Source: Prevotella sp.
GTDB lineage: Bacteria > Bacteroidota > Bacteroidia > Bacteroidales > Dysgonomonadaceae
Direction: 5' to 3'
DNA length: 53,582 nt
Assembly: GCA_031285625.1 (NCBI GenBank)
Contig: JAITVV010000057.1
Location: 1 to 53,582 of the forward strand
Shown here: in pieces, positions 9,976 to 19,722 of the stretch
Numbering within the stretch: position 1 is the first letter of the stretch
Layout: each line of letters opens with the position of its first letter
Notes under the pieces: model-generated
Told to the model about the DNA's origin: nothing
What the model saw: the letters and a program-made list of their open reading frames with translations, nothing else
The model's database searches: none
Program-made: the position numbers and the translations under genes

Positions 9976-10704
9976 ATGGGAAGAGCGTTTGAATACCGCA
10001 AAGCGACAAAGCTGAAACGCTGGGGAAATATGGCCCGCGTATTTACAAAACTAGGGAGACAAATCACTATAGCTGCTAAAGAGGGTGGTCCGGAACCGGA
10101 TACAAATCCTCGTCTTCGTGTACTGATGCAACAGGCGAAGAAAGAGAACATGCCTAAAGAAAATGTAGAACGCGCGATAAAGAAAGCCATATCGAAAGAT
10201 GAGGCAGACTATAAAGAAGTTGTATATGAAGGATATGGCCCATTTGGTATTGCAATAGTTGTAGAAACAGCTACCGATAACCCTACCCGTACAGTTGCAA
10301 ATGTGCGTAGCTACTTTAATAAACATAACGGTTCATTGGGTACATCCGGTAGTCTCGAATTCCTGTTCGATCATAAATGTGTATTCAAAATTGCACCCAA
10401 AGAAGGTGTTTCTCTTGAAGACCTTGAACTTGAACTGATCGATTATGGTGTAGATGAATTAGGCGAAGATGGCGATGATATAATCTTATATGGAGAATTC
10501 AAGTCGTATTCAGAAATACAAAAGTATTTGGAAGAAAATGGTTTCGAAATTCATAGTGCCGAATTTGAACGGATACCAAATGATTTGAAGGAGATAACCA
10601 AAGAGCAACAAGAACAAATTCAGAAACTACTTGACAAGTTTGATGATGATGATGATGTTCAGAATGTCTTCCATAATATGAAGGAAGATTTTGAAGAGGA
10701 ATAA
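9976..10704 (+). CDS. yebC: YebC/PmpR (TACO1) family protein
   Basis: Bacteroidetes-type start MGRAFEYRK; motifs YEGYGP and TDNPTRT. Confidence 0.95.
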   Translation: MGRAFEYRKATKLKRWGNMARVFTKLGRQITIAAKEGGPEPDTNPRLRVLMQQAKKENMPKENVERAIKKAISKDEADYKEVVYEGYGPFGIAIVVETATDNPTRTVANVRSYFNKHNGSLGTSGSLEFLFDHKCVFKIAPKEGVSLEDLELELIDYGVDELGEDGDDIILYGEFKSYSEIQKYLEENGFEIHSAEFERIPNDLKEITKEQQEQIQKLLDKFDDDDDVQNVFHNMKEDFEEE

Positions 10705-10718
10705 TATAATTATATAAT

Positions 10719-10751
10719 AAAATGAGCTGTAACTATTACAGCTCATTTTTT
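10719..10751. terminator. Bidirectional intrinsic terminator
   Basis: AAAATGAGCTGTAA-CTA-TTACAGCTCATTTT. Confidence 0.85.
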
Positions 10752-10753
10752 AT

Positions 10754-11857
10754 TTAGATGGGAGATCTATAAAAGTCGAGTATAGAATTTGTATATAAAC
10801 AATAGTCTATGGGAAATTTTCTTTGAAAAATGGTTGGCTTTTTTGCTCCTTTAGGCACAAGCATTAATTCAGATTTATCATTAATTGTAATTCTCTTATC
10901 CTTGGGGATATTCTCTCTATTGTCAAATTTATAAGAGAAATAATATAAATAGGAATAAATCCAGGCTTCATACTGATATTTATTTAATTCCTTATTGTTG
11001 GTTAGAATTTCTATATCACATTTATCAGTTATTGCTTTTTGGAATTCAACTGCATTTAATGGTTTTCCTTTTGACCAAGGAATAGCATCCCACTGAGGAT
11101 CTACCATTATCCACTTGTTCATATCTTTTAGGAATACTTCCATGACAACATGCCCGGCTCCGGATGGTGTTGATTCTGCATTTTTTGTTTTTAGTGATAG
11201 TGTGCGTGAAGGTAAACCAATTGCGTTTAAACAAGCTGTAGTCACTATTCCATATTCAACGCAACGAAATCGTTGACCTGCTTTTACCTCATTTAGTATA
11301 TATAGTGCATCATTTTGTTTAGGTGTATTGTATCCGTCATGCTCCCACAATCCGTGCACCCACGAAGCTATGGCCTTGACTTTTTCAAGATCATTTTTTG
11401 CTGTAGAAGCAATGCTATCAATTGGATAATTTGCTTTTAGTTTTTCTAAATATGAATTATTTAGTCCACTTTCATAGGCGAAGTGAAGATCAGTATTTTT
11501 ATTTATTGAGTCAAAATTTATTTGTTCAATTTCTATGCCATTACGAATAATTAAGACGAACGGATACATATCTTTTTTTTGTATTCTGAAAGTAAATTCT
11601 GTGTTGATAGGTATTTGTGTCTTAATACTATCTATATCTGAGTAAATTGTAAAATTAAGTGGATTCACAATAATTGGAATCCGAAGTGTGTCATTCTGAT
11701 ACTCAGACAACGGAATCTCTTCTTCTGAGATCGCTCCATTAACTGATACTCTTATTTTTTCAGTACTGGTTCTTAAAATTGCAATATCATTTGTTTGAGC
11801 AATAGAATGTGATATTGCAGAAATTATAATAGAAAGTGTTAATATAATTTTTCTCAT
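10754..11857 (-). CDS. Secreted transglutaminase-like (papain-fold) protein
   Basis: Signal peptide; Cys-His-Asp motifs FRCVEY, GHVVMEV and WIMVDPQW. Confidence 0.8.
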   Translation of the reverse strand: MRKIILTLSIIISAISHSIAQTNDIAILRTSTEKIRVSVNGAISEEEIPLSEYQNDTLRIPIIVNPLNFTIYSDIDSIKTQIPINTEFTFRIQKKDMYPFVLIIRNGIEIEQINFDSINKNTDLHFAYESGLNNSYLEKLKANYPIDSIASTAKNDLEKVKAIASWVHGLWEHDGYNTPKQNDALYILNEVKAGQRFRCVEYGIVTTACLNAIGLPSRTLSLKTKNAESTPSGAGHVVMEVFLKDMNKWIMVDPQWDAIPWSKGKPLNAVEFQKAITDKCDIEILTNNKELNKYQYEAWIYSYLYYFSYKFDNRENIPKDKRITINDKSELMLVPKGAKKPTIFQRKFPIDYCLYTNSILDFYRSPI

Positions 11858-11876
11858 AATTTGTATGTATTTTTAA

Positions 11877-11905
11877 TATGACGACTCAATACAAAAAATG
11901 TTACA
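11877..11905 (-). promoter_or_regulatory. Putative ECF-sigma promoter
   Basis: Minus strand TGTAAC-N16-CGTCATA, ending 20 bp before the ATG. Confidence 0.6.
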
Positions 11906-12114
11906 AGAATTTATAAGAAAAGTTGTTTTTTGAAAGAAGTTAATTATTTTATAATAGAATCTACATTTCCAAATGGAAAGTAATAATTTAAACAAATCAG
12001 ATTTTAGCTGTTTGGATCTATTTGTGTTTTGTTTAAATGATGGTTAATCTATAATATTTTTTATAGAATGTGTTTTTACGCTATATCTTTCTATCTTTGC
12101 ACCAAAAATACTTT

Positions 12115-13341
12115 ATGTCACTTTACTTAATTACTATACTCCTCATTGTAGTTTTAGATTTTCTGTGGTCTCAGTACCTATCTTATAGGAACCGTAGACG
12201 AATGAGTCCGGATATTCCTCAACAATTGGAAGGTATATATGATAAGGAAGAATATGCAAAGCAACAAGCATACCAAAAAGTTAATAGCCGTTTTGGTATA
12301 TATACCAGCTTGTTTTCTTTTATTATTTTGTTGATTGTCTTAGTATTTGGGCTATTTGGGTGGCTTGATGAATTGTTGAGGCAATATATAGATAATGAGG
12401 TATTCTTAACACTTGCTTTCTTTGGAGTTATCTATATTGTAAATGATATAATTTCTCTGCCCTTTGGCTATTATGTTACTTTCGTTATCGAAGAACGTTT
12501 TGGATTTAATAAATCTACAAAAAGGATGTTTTGGCTCGATCACTTAAAAGGATTATTACTTGCTATCATTTTAGGTGGTATTGTTACGGCTCTTATTGTA
12601 TGGTTGTATGGTACGTTGGGTGAGTATGCATGGCTTTGCGCATGGGGTGTAATAACTGCTTTCTCTTTATTTATGACTCTGTTTTATTCGAATATAATAG
12701 TACCACTATTTAATAGACAAACTCCATTGGAGGCAGGTGAATTACGTGATGCGATTGAAGCTTTTGCACAGAAGGCAGGATTTGCTGTCAATAATATTTA
12801 CGTAATGGATGCCTCAAAACGCTCAACGAAGGCAAATGCGTATTTTACCGGCTTTGGCAGAAAAAAAAGGATTGTTTTATTTGATACTCTTATCAACGAT
12901 CTGGATACAGGAGAGATTGTTGCGGTTTTGGCTCACGAGATAGGGCACTATAAGAGAAAGCATACACTGCAGGGTATGTTTATATCTGTTTGTTATACCG
13001 GAATTATGCTTTTCTTATTGTCTTGGTTTTTGGATAATGAAAATATTGCGGTAGCGCTTGGTGGAAAAACGGCATCATTTCATTTAGGTCTGATCGCTTT
13101 TTCTGTACTGTTTACACCCTTCTCTCTGCTTATAGGTACTTTGTCTGGTATCCTTAGCCGTAGGAATGAGTATCAGGCCGATGCCTATGCTGCAGATTTT
13201 AAACTGGCTGATTTATTGATCAGTGGGTTAAAGAAATTGTCAGTTAAGTCTCTTAGTAATCTTAACCCTGATCCGTTATATGTATTTTTTCATTATTCTC
13301 ATCCGACATTACTTCAACGTATGGAGGCTTTGAAGAAATAA
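12115..13341 (+). CDS. M48 Ste24-like membrane zinc metalloprotease
   Basis: Motifs IEERFGFNK, NAYFTG, HEIGH, EYQAD and YSHP. ATG at 12115 follows a TATCTTTG promoter (12092-12099). Confidence 0.92.
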   Translation: MSLYLITILLIVVLDFLWSQYLSYRNRRRMSPDIPQQLEGIYDKEEYAKQQAYQKVNSRFGIYTSLFSFIILLIVLVFGLFGWLDELLRQYIDNEVFLTLAFFGVIYIVNDIISLPFGYYVTFVIEERFGFNKSTKRMFWLDHLKGLLLAIILGGIVTALIVWLYGTLGEYAWLCAWGVITAFSLFMTLFYSNIIVPLFNRQTPLEAGELRDAIEAFAQKAGFAVNNIYVMDASKRSTKANAYFTGFGRKKRIVLFDTLINDLDTGEIVAVLAHEIGHYKRKHTLQGMFISVCYTGIMLFLLSWFLDNENIAVALGGKTASFHLGLIAFSVLFTPFSLLIGTLSGILSRRNEYQADAYAADFKLADLLISGLKKLSVKSLSNLNPDPLYVFFHYSHPTLLQRMEALKK

Positions 13342-13407
13342 TTACAATTATTGAATTAAACCTTTAGTCCGATTTATATTCTTAGTAATAAAGGAAAATG
13401 CAATATT

Positions 13408-14196
13408 ATGAAAAAATATATTATCCTATTAGCTGTTATTCTGATCTCATTAAATACTACAGCTCAGATTTTTGGTTATAAGTCTGGAGATCGTAATAGA
13501 AAATATAAAAAAGAGAATGTTGTTACTGATATCAGGGGAGATTTTTTATATGAAAACTCTGATGGAGTAAAAGCGTCGTTATCGACAGATATTTTTGGAA
13601 ATAAGGTATACAAAGACAACCGAAATAATGAAGTCACTTATTCGAAGGAAATATGGAGCGATATTTTTCCTGAATACAAAGCTAATGAGAAACGTATTCT
13701 TATCTGGCTGGCAAATGCTTTTTATGAAACAAAAGATATAAAGGAAAAGTATAAACGGAATATTCATGGAGATTTGGAATATGAAAATAATATTGGGCTG
13801 AAAGCCTCTCTGTCGAAAAATATCTTTGACGAAGGAATTTATAAGGATAATCAGAACAATGAAATAAAATATTCGAAAGAATATTGGACAGAAATCTTAA
13901 ATGATTTTGATAATAAGGATGTGCAGGTATTTTTCTGGATGATGGACCGATGTCATGATATAAAGAATTTTAAAGAAGAGTATCGTATTGATATTTTTGG
14001 TTATCAGCAATATAAAGATGGATCGGGAAGAACAGCATCCTTGTCGAAGGATATATTTGATAAAATTATTTATAAGGATAATAATGGTAATAAAATAGAA
14101 TATACGGAAGATCGGTGGCGTCGTTTTGTTAAACGTCATAAATCCGAAAAGAAGGCATTTATAGATCTTGTTCAAGAAAATTTGTCGAATAATTGA
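13408..14196 (+). CDS. Secreted protein of unknown function with three 77-aa tandem repeats
   Basis: Signal peptide; ASLS at residues 56, 133 and 210 with recurring DIFG/YKD/W. Confidence 0.8.
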   Translation: MKKYIILLAVILISLNTTAQIFGYKSGDRNRKYKKENVVTDIRGDFLYENSDGVKASLSTDIFGNKVYKDNRNNEVTYSKEIWSDIFPEYKANEKRILIWLANAFYETKDIKEKYKRNIHGDLEYENNIGLKASLSKNIFDEGIYKDNQNNEIKYSKEYWTEILNDFDNKDVQVFFWMMDRCHDIKNFKEEYRIDIFGYQQYKDGSGRTASLSKDIFDKIIYKDNNGNKIEYTEDRWRRFVKRHKSEKKAFIDLVQENLSNN

Positions 14197-14231
14197 ATTC
14201 CATTTATGGAATTTGATTCCTTTTAATATCT

Positions 14232-14267
14232 ATAAAGTACAAATGTAAATTCGTACTTTATTTTTTT
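14232..14267 (+). terminator. Probable intrinsic terminator
   Basis: ATAAAGTAC...GTACTTTAT followed by a T tract. Confidence 0.5.
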
Positions 14268-14318
14268 ATAGATGTTCAACTTAGTTGTCAGGTTGCAAAA
14301 TCCTTAATACAAAATAAT

Positions 14319-15074
14319 ATGAAGAAATTACTATTGCTGGCATTTGTTTCTTTTTTAGCATTTCCTCTTTTTTCGCAGGAAACCATTCATATCATGGTTG
14401 CACTTTGTGATAATAAATACCAGGGCATAGTGAAGGTACCCAAAGGGATTGGTAACGGACAAGACCCTCATACCAATTTGTATTGGGGGTGTGGTTATGG
14501 TATCCGAACTCACTTCAAAAAAAGTGTAGACTGGAAAGAGGTAAAACGATATAAAGTTGATGATATTTGCTTAGAGCGGATAGTCTTTAAGCATAAAACA
14601 AAAAATTACTATCTTGTGGCAGATGCATATGATGGAAAATATATAAGCGATTGCACTATCGACTTTCTCGAATCATGTGCAGGAAGCAAAAAAGATACAT
14701 TGATGGTAAATAATACAAAAATAGGACTTCATGGAAACGCTAAGCTTGTAGCATATATTGGGCATAATGGATTAATGGATTTCTCTTTAGCAAATACATA
14801 TAAAAATACAGATGGAGAACAGCGTGATGCTATTATCCTTGCATGTTATAGTAAGAGATACTTTGCGCCTTATCTGCAATCAGCAAAAGCTAATCCTGTG
14901 CTTTGGTCTACACACCTGATGAGCCCCGAAGCATATACAATACACGATGCACTAGCCGTTTATATAAACGGAGGATCTGGTGCTGCTATACGCGAAGCTG
15001 CCGCTACAGCCTATAATAAATATCAGAAATGCGGGATGAAAGGGGCACGGGGATTACTGGTCACGGGTTTTTAA
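14319..15074 (+). CDS. Secreted hypothetical protein, possible clan-CD (caspase/gingipain-like) fold
   Basis: Signal peptide; YIGHNG and ILACYS spaced like a His-Cys dyad. Confidence 0.65.
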   Translation: MKKLLLLAFVSFLAFPLFSQETIHIMVALCDNKYQGIVKVPKGIGNGQDPHTNLYWGCGYGIRTHFKKSVDWKEVKRYKVDDICLERIVFKHKTKNYYLVADAYDGKYISDCTIDFLESCAGSKKDTLMVNNTKIGLHGNAKLVAYIGHNGLMDFSLANTYKNTDGEQRDAIILACYSKRYFAPYLQSAKANPVLWSTHLMSPEAYTIHDALAVYINGGSGAAIREAAATAYNKYQKCGMKGARGLLVTGF

Positions 15075-15182
15075 TAAATATTAGTAATAGAAATAAATGA
15101 TATAAATAAACTGTTTCGAAGGGTATAATTTATATTGTACATTTGCATGCTAATGAAAAAAATGTCAATAACTACATAAACA

Positions 15183-16409
15183 ATGAAAGCAGCAATAATT
15201 ACAATAGGTGATGAAATCCTTATCGGACAGATCGTAGATACTAACTCAGCCTGGATGGCGGGCAAACTTACACTGGCGGGTTTCGAAGTAGAAGAAATGC
15301 AGTCGATTGGTGATGATGCCCAACAAATAAAAAATACGATAAATGATGCTTTTCAACGTGTTGATGTTATTCTTATGACGGGCGGTTTAGGACCAACAAA
15401 AGATGATATAACAAAGAAAACCCTTTGTGAATATTTTGGCACCGAACTTGTTTTCAATGATTCGGTTTTAGAAAATATACAAAATGTTATATCTAGTTTT
15501 ACAACTTTAAATGAATTAACACGCAATCAGGCTTATGTGCCTAAAGATTGTACAGTTATTCAAAATAGGGTAGGTACAGCTCCTATTACATGGTTCGATT
15601 ATAGTGGAAAGGTGCTAGTGTCTATGCCCGGTGTACCCTATGAAATGCGGTATGTAATGGAAAATGAAATTGTTCCCCGGTTACAGGATAAGTTTGATCC
15701 TGAAGCATATCTTAAACGTGTATTCATTGTAAAAGGCTATACCGAATCAGCTTTAGCGATGTATATTGCCGATTTTGAGGATAATTTGCCGGAAGGGTTT
15801 GGCTTGGCATATTTACCTTCACTGGGTTTGATGAAGTTGCGTCTGTTTGTGAGGGGAGAACACCGTTCGCAAGAGTTGGATGAACAGGTGAAAAAGTTGC
15901 AGGGAATACTAGGTGATGCGATTATTGCCGAGAAAGATATTACAATAGAGAAAATATTATCTGAAAGACTGTTTGAGAAGGGGCTCACTATTGGTACTGC
16001 CGAGAGTTGTACCGGTGGAAATATAGCACATATGATAACATCCATGCCGGGTTCATCCCGTTATTTTAAGGGGTCTGTGGTATCATACGCTAATGAAGAG
16101 AAAATAAACATTTTACATGTTGCTGAAGATTCTCTGAACAAGTTTGGGGCTGTAAGTGAAGCCGTTGCCATAGAAATGGCTAGGGGAGCACAACGTGTGT
16201 TGAATGTAGATTGCTCCATAGCCACTACCGGTATTGCCGGGCCCGATGGAGGTACAGAAGAGAAGCCTGTAGGTACTGTGTGGATATGTACAATATATAA
16301 AGATAAATGTATAGCAAAAAAATATCAGCTAGGAAGATATAGGGAGGCCAATATCATGCGTGCCTCTAATAATGGTATGTTACAATTGTTGGATATGATT
16401 GAGGAATAA
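15183..16409 (+). CDS. cinA: CinA (MoCF-binding-like domain + PncC NMN deamidase)
   Basis: Motifs IGDEILIGQIVDTN, GGLGPTKDD, TAESCTGG and TGIAGPDGG. Confidence 0.95.
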   Translation: MKAAIITIGDEILIGQIVDTNSAWMAGKLTLAGFEVEEMQSIGDDAQQIKNTINDAFQRVDVILMTGGLGPTKDDITKKTLCEYFGTELVFNDSVLENIQNVISSFTTLNELTRNQAYVPKDCTVIQNRVGTAPITWFDYSGKVLVSMPGVPYEMRYVMENEIVPRLQDKFDPEAYLKRVFIVKGYTESALAMYIADFEDNLPEGFGLAYLPSLGLMKLRLFVRGEHRSQELDEQVKKLQGILGDAIIAEKDITIEKILSERLFEKGLTIGTAESCTGGNIAHMITSMPGSSRYFKGSVVSYANEEKINILHVAEDSLNKFGAVSEAVAIEMARGAQRVLNVDCSIATTGIAGPDGGTEEKPVGTVWICTIYKDKCIAKKYQLGRYREANIMRASNNGMLQLLDMIEE

Positions 16410-16428
16410 TTCATATACTATCTATACT

Positions 16429-17118
16429 ATGAAAAATATATACACAATCGGAGAATTAAAGCCATTGCAACCTGATCAAATAGGTGAAATAAAGAGGATG
16501 GTACCGTTTGTTGTGCCTTCCGGTTATATTGATATATTGCAAATGTATGGCTATGGGGATATAAATGAGTTTTTGATGTTAAATATTCCGGATGAGCATT
16601 ATCTGAATAATAACTTCAAAGATTATCTCGACCTTTGGGATTGGAAGTCTGAGTCTGATAAAACGATAGCATTATCAGGATTGATGATTTGTCTGACAAT
16701 CGATGGTGACATTGTTCTTTGCGTTGAGTCGTCTTATCCTTATTGGCTTTTACCACGCCACTCAAATGAAATTAAGCAATTTGAAAAACTGGAGGATATA
16801 TTAAATCTATTTTTCCGTGATCAGGAAGATATTTACTTTGATCCGTACTATGAAAAAAAAATGGAATACATATCTCTTATTAAGAATGATGATCTTGATA
16901 AGGAGTTGATAGACAAAATTCATCGTACTTTTTTAGAGAAATATACTCCGGATAAAGCATTTAATATAGGCGTACAGCCTAAATATATTTTTCAAGCAAT
17001 AGGTGGATGGGTTTATTTTGATTTGGCATATAAGAGCGCAATACGTGTTAGCTATCAACTTAAATATAAGGAGAAAGCTATCGAAGTAATAAATTTTATA
17101 AAAGGGTTTGTTGGATAA
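16429..17118 (+). CDS. SMI1/KNR4 (SUKH)-like protein, probable orphan immunity protein
   Basis: N-terminal 'IGEIKRMVPFVVPSGYIDILQMYGYG' matches the SUKH P.xY..F/L..YG pattern; later 'TIDGD' motif. ATG at 16429 preferred. Confidence 0.6.
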   Translation: MKNIYTIGELKPLQPDQIGEIKRMVPFVVPSGYIDILQMYGYGDINEFLMLNIPDEHYLNNNFKDYLDLWDWKSESDKTIALSGLMICLTIDGDIVLCVESSYPYWLLPRHSNEIKQFEKLEDILNLFFRDQEDIYFDPYYEKKMEYISLIKNDDLDKELIDKIHRTFLEKYTPDKAFNIGVQPKYIFQAIGGWVYFDLAYKSAIRVSYQLKYKEKAIEVINFIKGFVG

Positions 17119-17145
17119 TATTAATATTACAGGCCTCTAATATAT

Positions 17146-17175
17146 AAAGTGACAAATAATAATGTCACTTTTTTT
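17146..17175 (+). terminator. Hairpin/terminator built from the AAAGTGACA/TGTCACTTT nonamer
   Basis: AAAGTGACA-N8-TGTCACTTT followed by a T run. Confidence 0.6.
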
Positions 17176-17195
17176 ATTGATACCCCTATAAAAGC

Positions 17196-17230
17196 ATTAC
17201 CTCCCCAAACGTCTCGTCTGTGGAGGTAAT
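17196..17230 (-). terminator. Probable terminator of the beta-barrel gene
   Basis: ATTACCTCC...GGAGGTAAT inverted repeat. Confidence 0.55.
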
Positions 17231-17277
17231 TATGTAAACACAATCAATATTAAGTTTAATCTTAATATTATGAGAAA

Positions 17278-19605
17278 TTATTTCTTCGATCCGGACATAA
17301 TTCCGGCGTCTGTATCGTCATTATTCAATCGTTTGTTGCCTGCCTTGTACTGCCGTCCGAAATTCAGATTCATGGTGAAATTAACCACTACTATTTGTTT
17401 CAGATTGTCAGTGTAAACATAGGACTTATTTGGTGCAAGTGCTGAATAGTTTCGGCTGTCTTGCGAATAGCTCTTAGAGAATGGATTGAACATACCTACA
17501 TTAAGGCTCCATTTTTCGGCATTATATCCGGCCATTATAGTATGCAAACGTTCTCCTCTGTCCATTGTTTCTCCCCAGAAATTATTCCATCTTGTCCAAG
17601 CTTCGGCATTAAATATCCATTTCTTATAGTTTAACGTTACAGAACCACGAATACGCCAGTATCCATATGTATGCGTAAAGTCCTCTCCATAACTGATATA
17701 ACGGTTATATCCCGGTGCCATGCTTAAAGTCAGGTAATCACCAAATGGTTTCAGTTTAAAGTTAATTTCAGTATAAAGGCGGTGGAACCCTTTTTGGTTA
17801 ATATTGGTACGGATGAACTTACCTTCTTCAAATGTGATCTTTTCCATTATTGGTTTGTGATCATAACTGTACCGCATAAAGAATTCAGCTCCAAATATAC
17901 CTTTATTGAACCCAGCGTTTAATGTATTTGTATAGTACCATACTGTTCTCAGGTCAGGATTTCCTCTACGTATTTGTAGCGAATCTATTTCCTGTTCTAC
18001 ATTATTCAAGTCAGACAGAGATGGAGAATAACCCGATATATAACCATTGTAACGAATATATGCATTATCATTTATAGTATATGATACGCGTAGGTTAGGA
18101 CGGAATATATACTTTTTGTTACTATTTTCTCCCTGACTGTTATAAGTTCTCATAACACCCAGCCCGAAGGTATAATTAAATTTGTTTTTACGCAACTGAA
18201 ATTCAGCATATCCGTATGTTTCTGCAAAATTTAATCCAATATCTGTCGATACATTGCCCTCATAAGTATTGCTTGTGTAACTTTGAGTATGTTTTAGTCC
18301 GGCAGAAAATTTACCACTGGATAGAGTTTTTTCATAAATACCTTCGGCAATGAAAGAATATTTTTCGCCTAATACAGAAGAATATATATCTGTACTCAGC
18401 TCATTGTTGCGGCTTTCCTGATACAAGCGGGTTGACTTGGAATCAATATATGTTCCCACAGCATTGAATATCAATAACTGGTTATTCTTTAAGTTACGCT
18501 GATAGTATAAGTCTAGTGATGGCGAATAACTTCTCCATGTTGAATGATCTGATATAGAGAGCGGGTTATCCCTGTTGTCTGTTGAATATAGGAGACTGTT
18601 TCTATCCGAAAACTGATTGGGCGTTTTCTGATAGTTATTTCTGAATGTAGCATTGAAGAGATATTTATCTGTTTCATTTAGGCTGTAATTCAGAGCAACA
18701 TTTAACCTGTCGTCTTTAAATGTAGTTGGTACTCCTTCTTCTACACGTTTTAGAGTCTTATCAGGAAATATAAATGTTTCTTCATTCTCGCGTGTCCATT
18801 CTATATCCCGTCTTGACCAGTATGCATTCACTCCGAATTCTGATTTTTTGTGATTAACCTTTGCTGAAACAAAGTTTTCACCCCATCCCATATCCTGAAA
18901 GAATACATTCGCTAGATTTCCCGATAAGCTGCCTCCCGATTCTCTGCGACGTGTGATATAATCGATGACAGCTCCGGCATTACCATAGCGCATACCCGGA
19001 TCGTCGTGGTATTCTATGCGGATGATATCAGCAGGCTGAATAGCCACAACTTCGGCTACCGTGACTTCTACTCCATTTATTCGTAACTGTACAGGCTGAT
19101 CTCCAGGTATACTGACCGTATTGTCCAACGGATTGACGATGATTCGCGATAACTGAAGGTTGCGAAGTAATGTTATACCACTATTTGATGCTTTTATTTG
19201 AGCATCAGACGGGATTATAACTTTTCTGTCAGGTTTCTGTATAACTGCATTTGCTGTCACTGTAACATCATTTAGCGCAACATCTGAAGATTTAAGTGAG
19301 ACATCTCCCAAGTCAATATTTTGTTTTAAATCATTGATTGGAATATATGCTTTCTTATATCCTACATATGTTGCAGATAATATATATTCTCCATCGGTTA
19401 TATCATTGAAGGCAAAGAGACCTTTTGTGTCGGATGAAGCTCCTGCAACAAAAGTAGAATCTTGCTTAAGTAAAGCAATATTTGCAAATTCAATTGCATC
19501 ATGTGTATCTGTGTCTACAATGGTTCCTGATATTTTCCTCTGTGCCATTGTTGTTGAAATGATCACAGTTAGTATTGTAAGCAGGGTAATTAATCTTAAG
19601 TTCAT
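17278..19605 (-). CDS. Outer-membrane beta-barrel (TonB-dependent receptor-like) with N-terminal carboxypeptidase-regulatory-like domain
   Basis: Signal peptide from Met at 19605 (MNLRLITLL); 'ISGTIVD...IEFANI...YVGY' domain; plug 'IRIEYHDDPGMRY'; 'RGNPDL'; amphipathic beta strands. Confidence 0.8.
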   Translation of the reverse strand: MNLRLITLLTILTVIISTTMAQRKISGTIVDTDTHDAIEFANIALLKQDSTFVAGASSDTKGLFAFNDITDGEYILSATYVGYKKAYIPINDLKQNIDLGDVSLKSSDVALNDVTVTANAVIQKPDRKVIIPSDAQIKASNSGITLLRNLQLSRIIVNPLDNTVSIPGDQPVQLRINGVEVTVAEVVAIQPADIIRIEYHDDPGMRYGNAGAVIDYITRRRESGGSLSGNLANVFFQDMGWGENFVSAKVNHKKSEFGVNAYWSRRDIEWTRENEETFIFPDKTLKRVEEGVPTTFKDDRLNVALNYSLNETDKYLFNATFRNNYQKTPNQFSDRNSLLYSTDNRDNPLSISDHSTWRSYSPSLDLYYQRNLKNNQLLIFNAVGTYIDSKSTRLYQESRNNELSTDIYSSVLGEKYSFIAEGIYEKTLSSGKFSAGLKHTQSYTSNTYEGNVSTDIGLNFAETYGYAEFQLRKNKFNYTFGLGVMRTYNSQGENSNKKYIFRPNLRVSYTINDNAYIRYNGYISGYSPSLSDLNNVEQEIDSLQIRRGNPDLRTVWYYTNTLNAGFNKGIFGAEFFMRYSYDHKPIMEKITFEEGKFIRTNINQKGFHRLYTEINFKLKPFGDYLTLSMAPGYNRYISYGEDFTHTYGYWRIRGSVTLNYKKWIFNAEAWTRWNNFWGETMDRGERLHTIMAGYNAEKWSLNVGMFNPFSKSYSQDSRNYSALAPNKSYVYTDNLKQIVVVNFTMNLNFGRQYKAGNKRLNNDDTDAGIMSGSKK

Positions 19606-19646
19606 AATTCTAATTATTTCGATGTTTTTTTTCTTGTGTTTAATCT

Positions 19647-19676
19647 TATGACGTAACAACAAGAAAAAAGGTTACA
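19647..19676 (-). promoter_or_regulatory. Putative ECF-sigma promoter
   Basis: Minus strand TGTAAC-N17-CGTCATA. It overlaps the ORF-track start at 19662, which supports the 19605 start. Confidence 0.6.
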
Positions 19677-19722
19677 GATCAAAACAATTTATTTTTTTCT
19701 TTTTACTTCTTAATCTTGCAAA

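Noticed and set aside
13357-13382. TAAACC-N16-TTCT as a fourth ECF-type promoter
   Set aside because: It differs from the shared motif at both elements; a single instance is not supportable.
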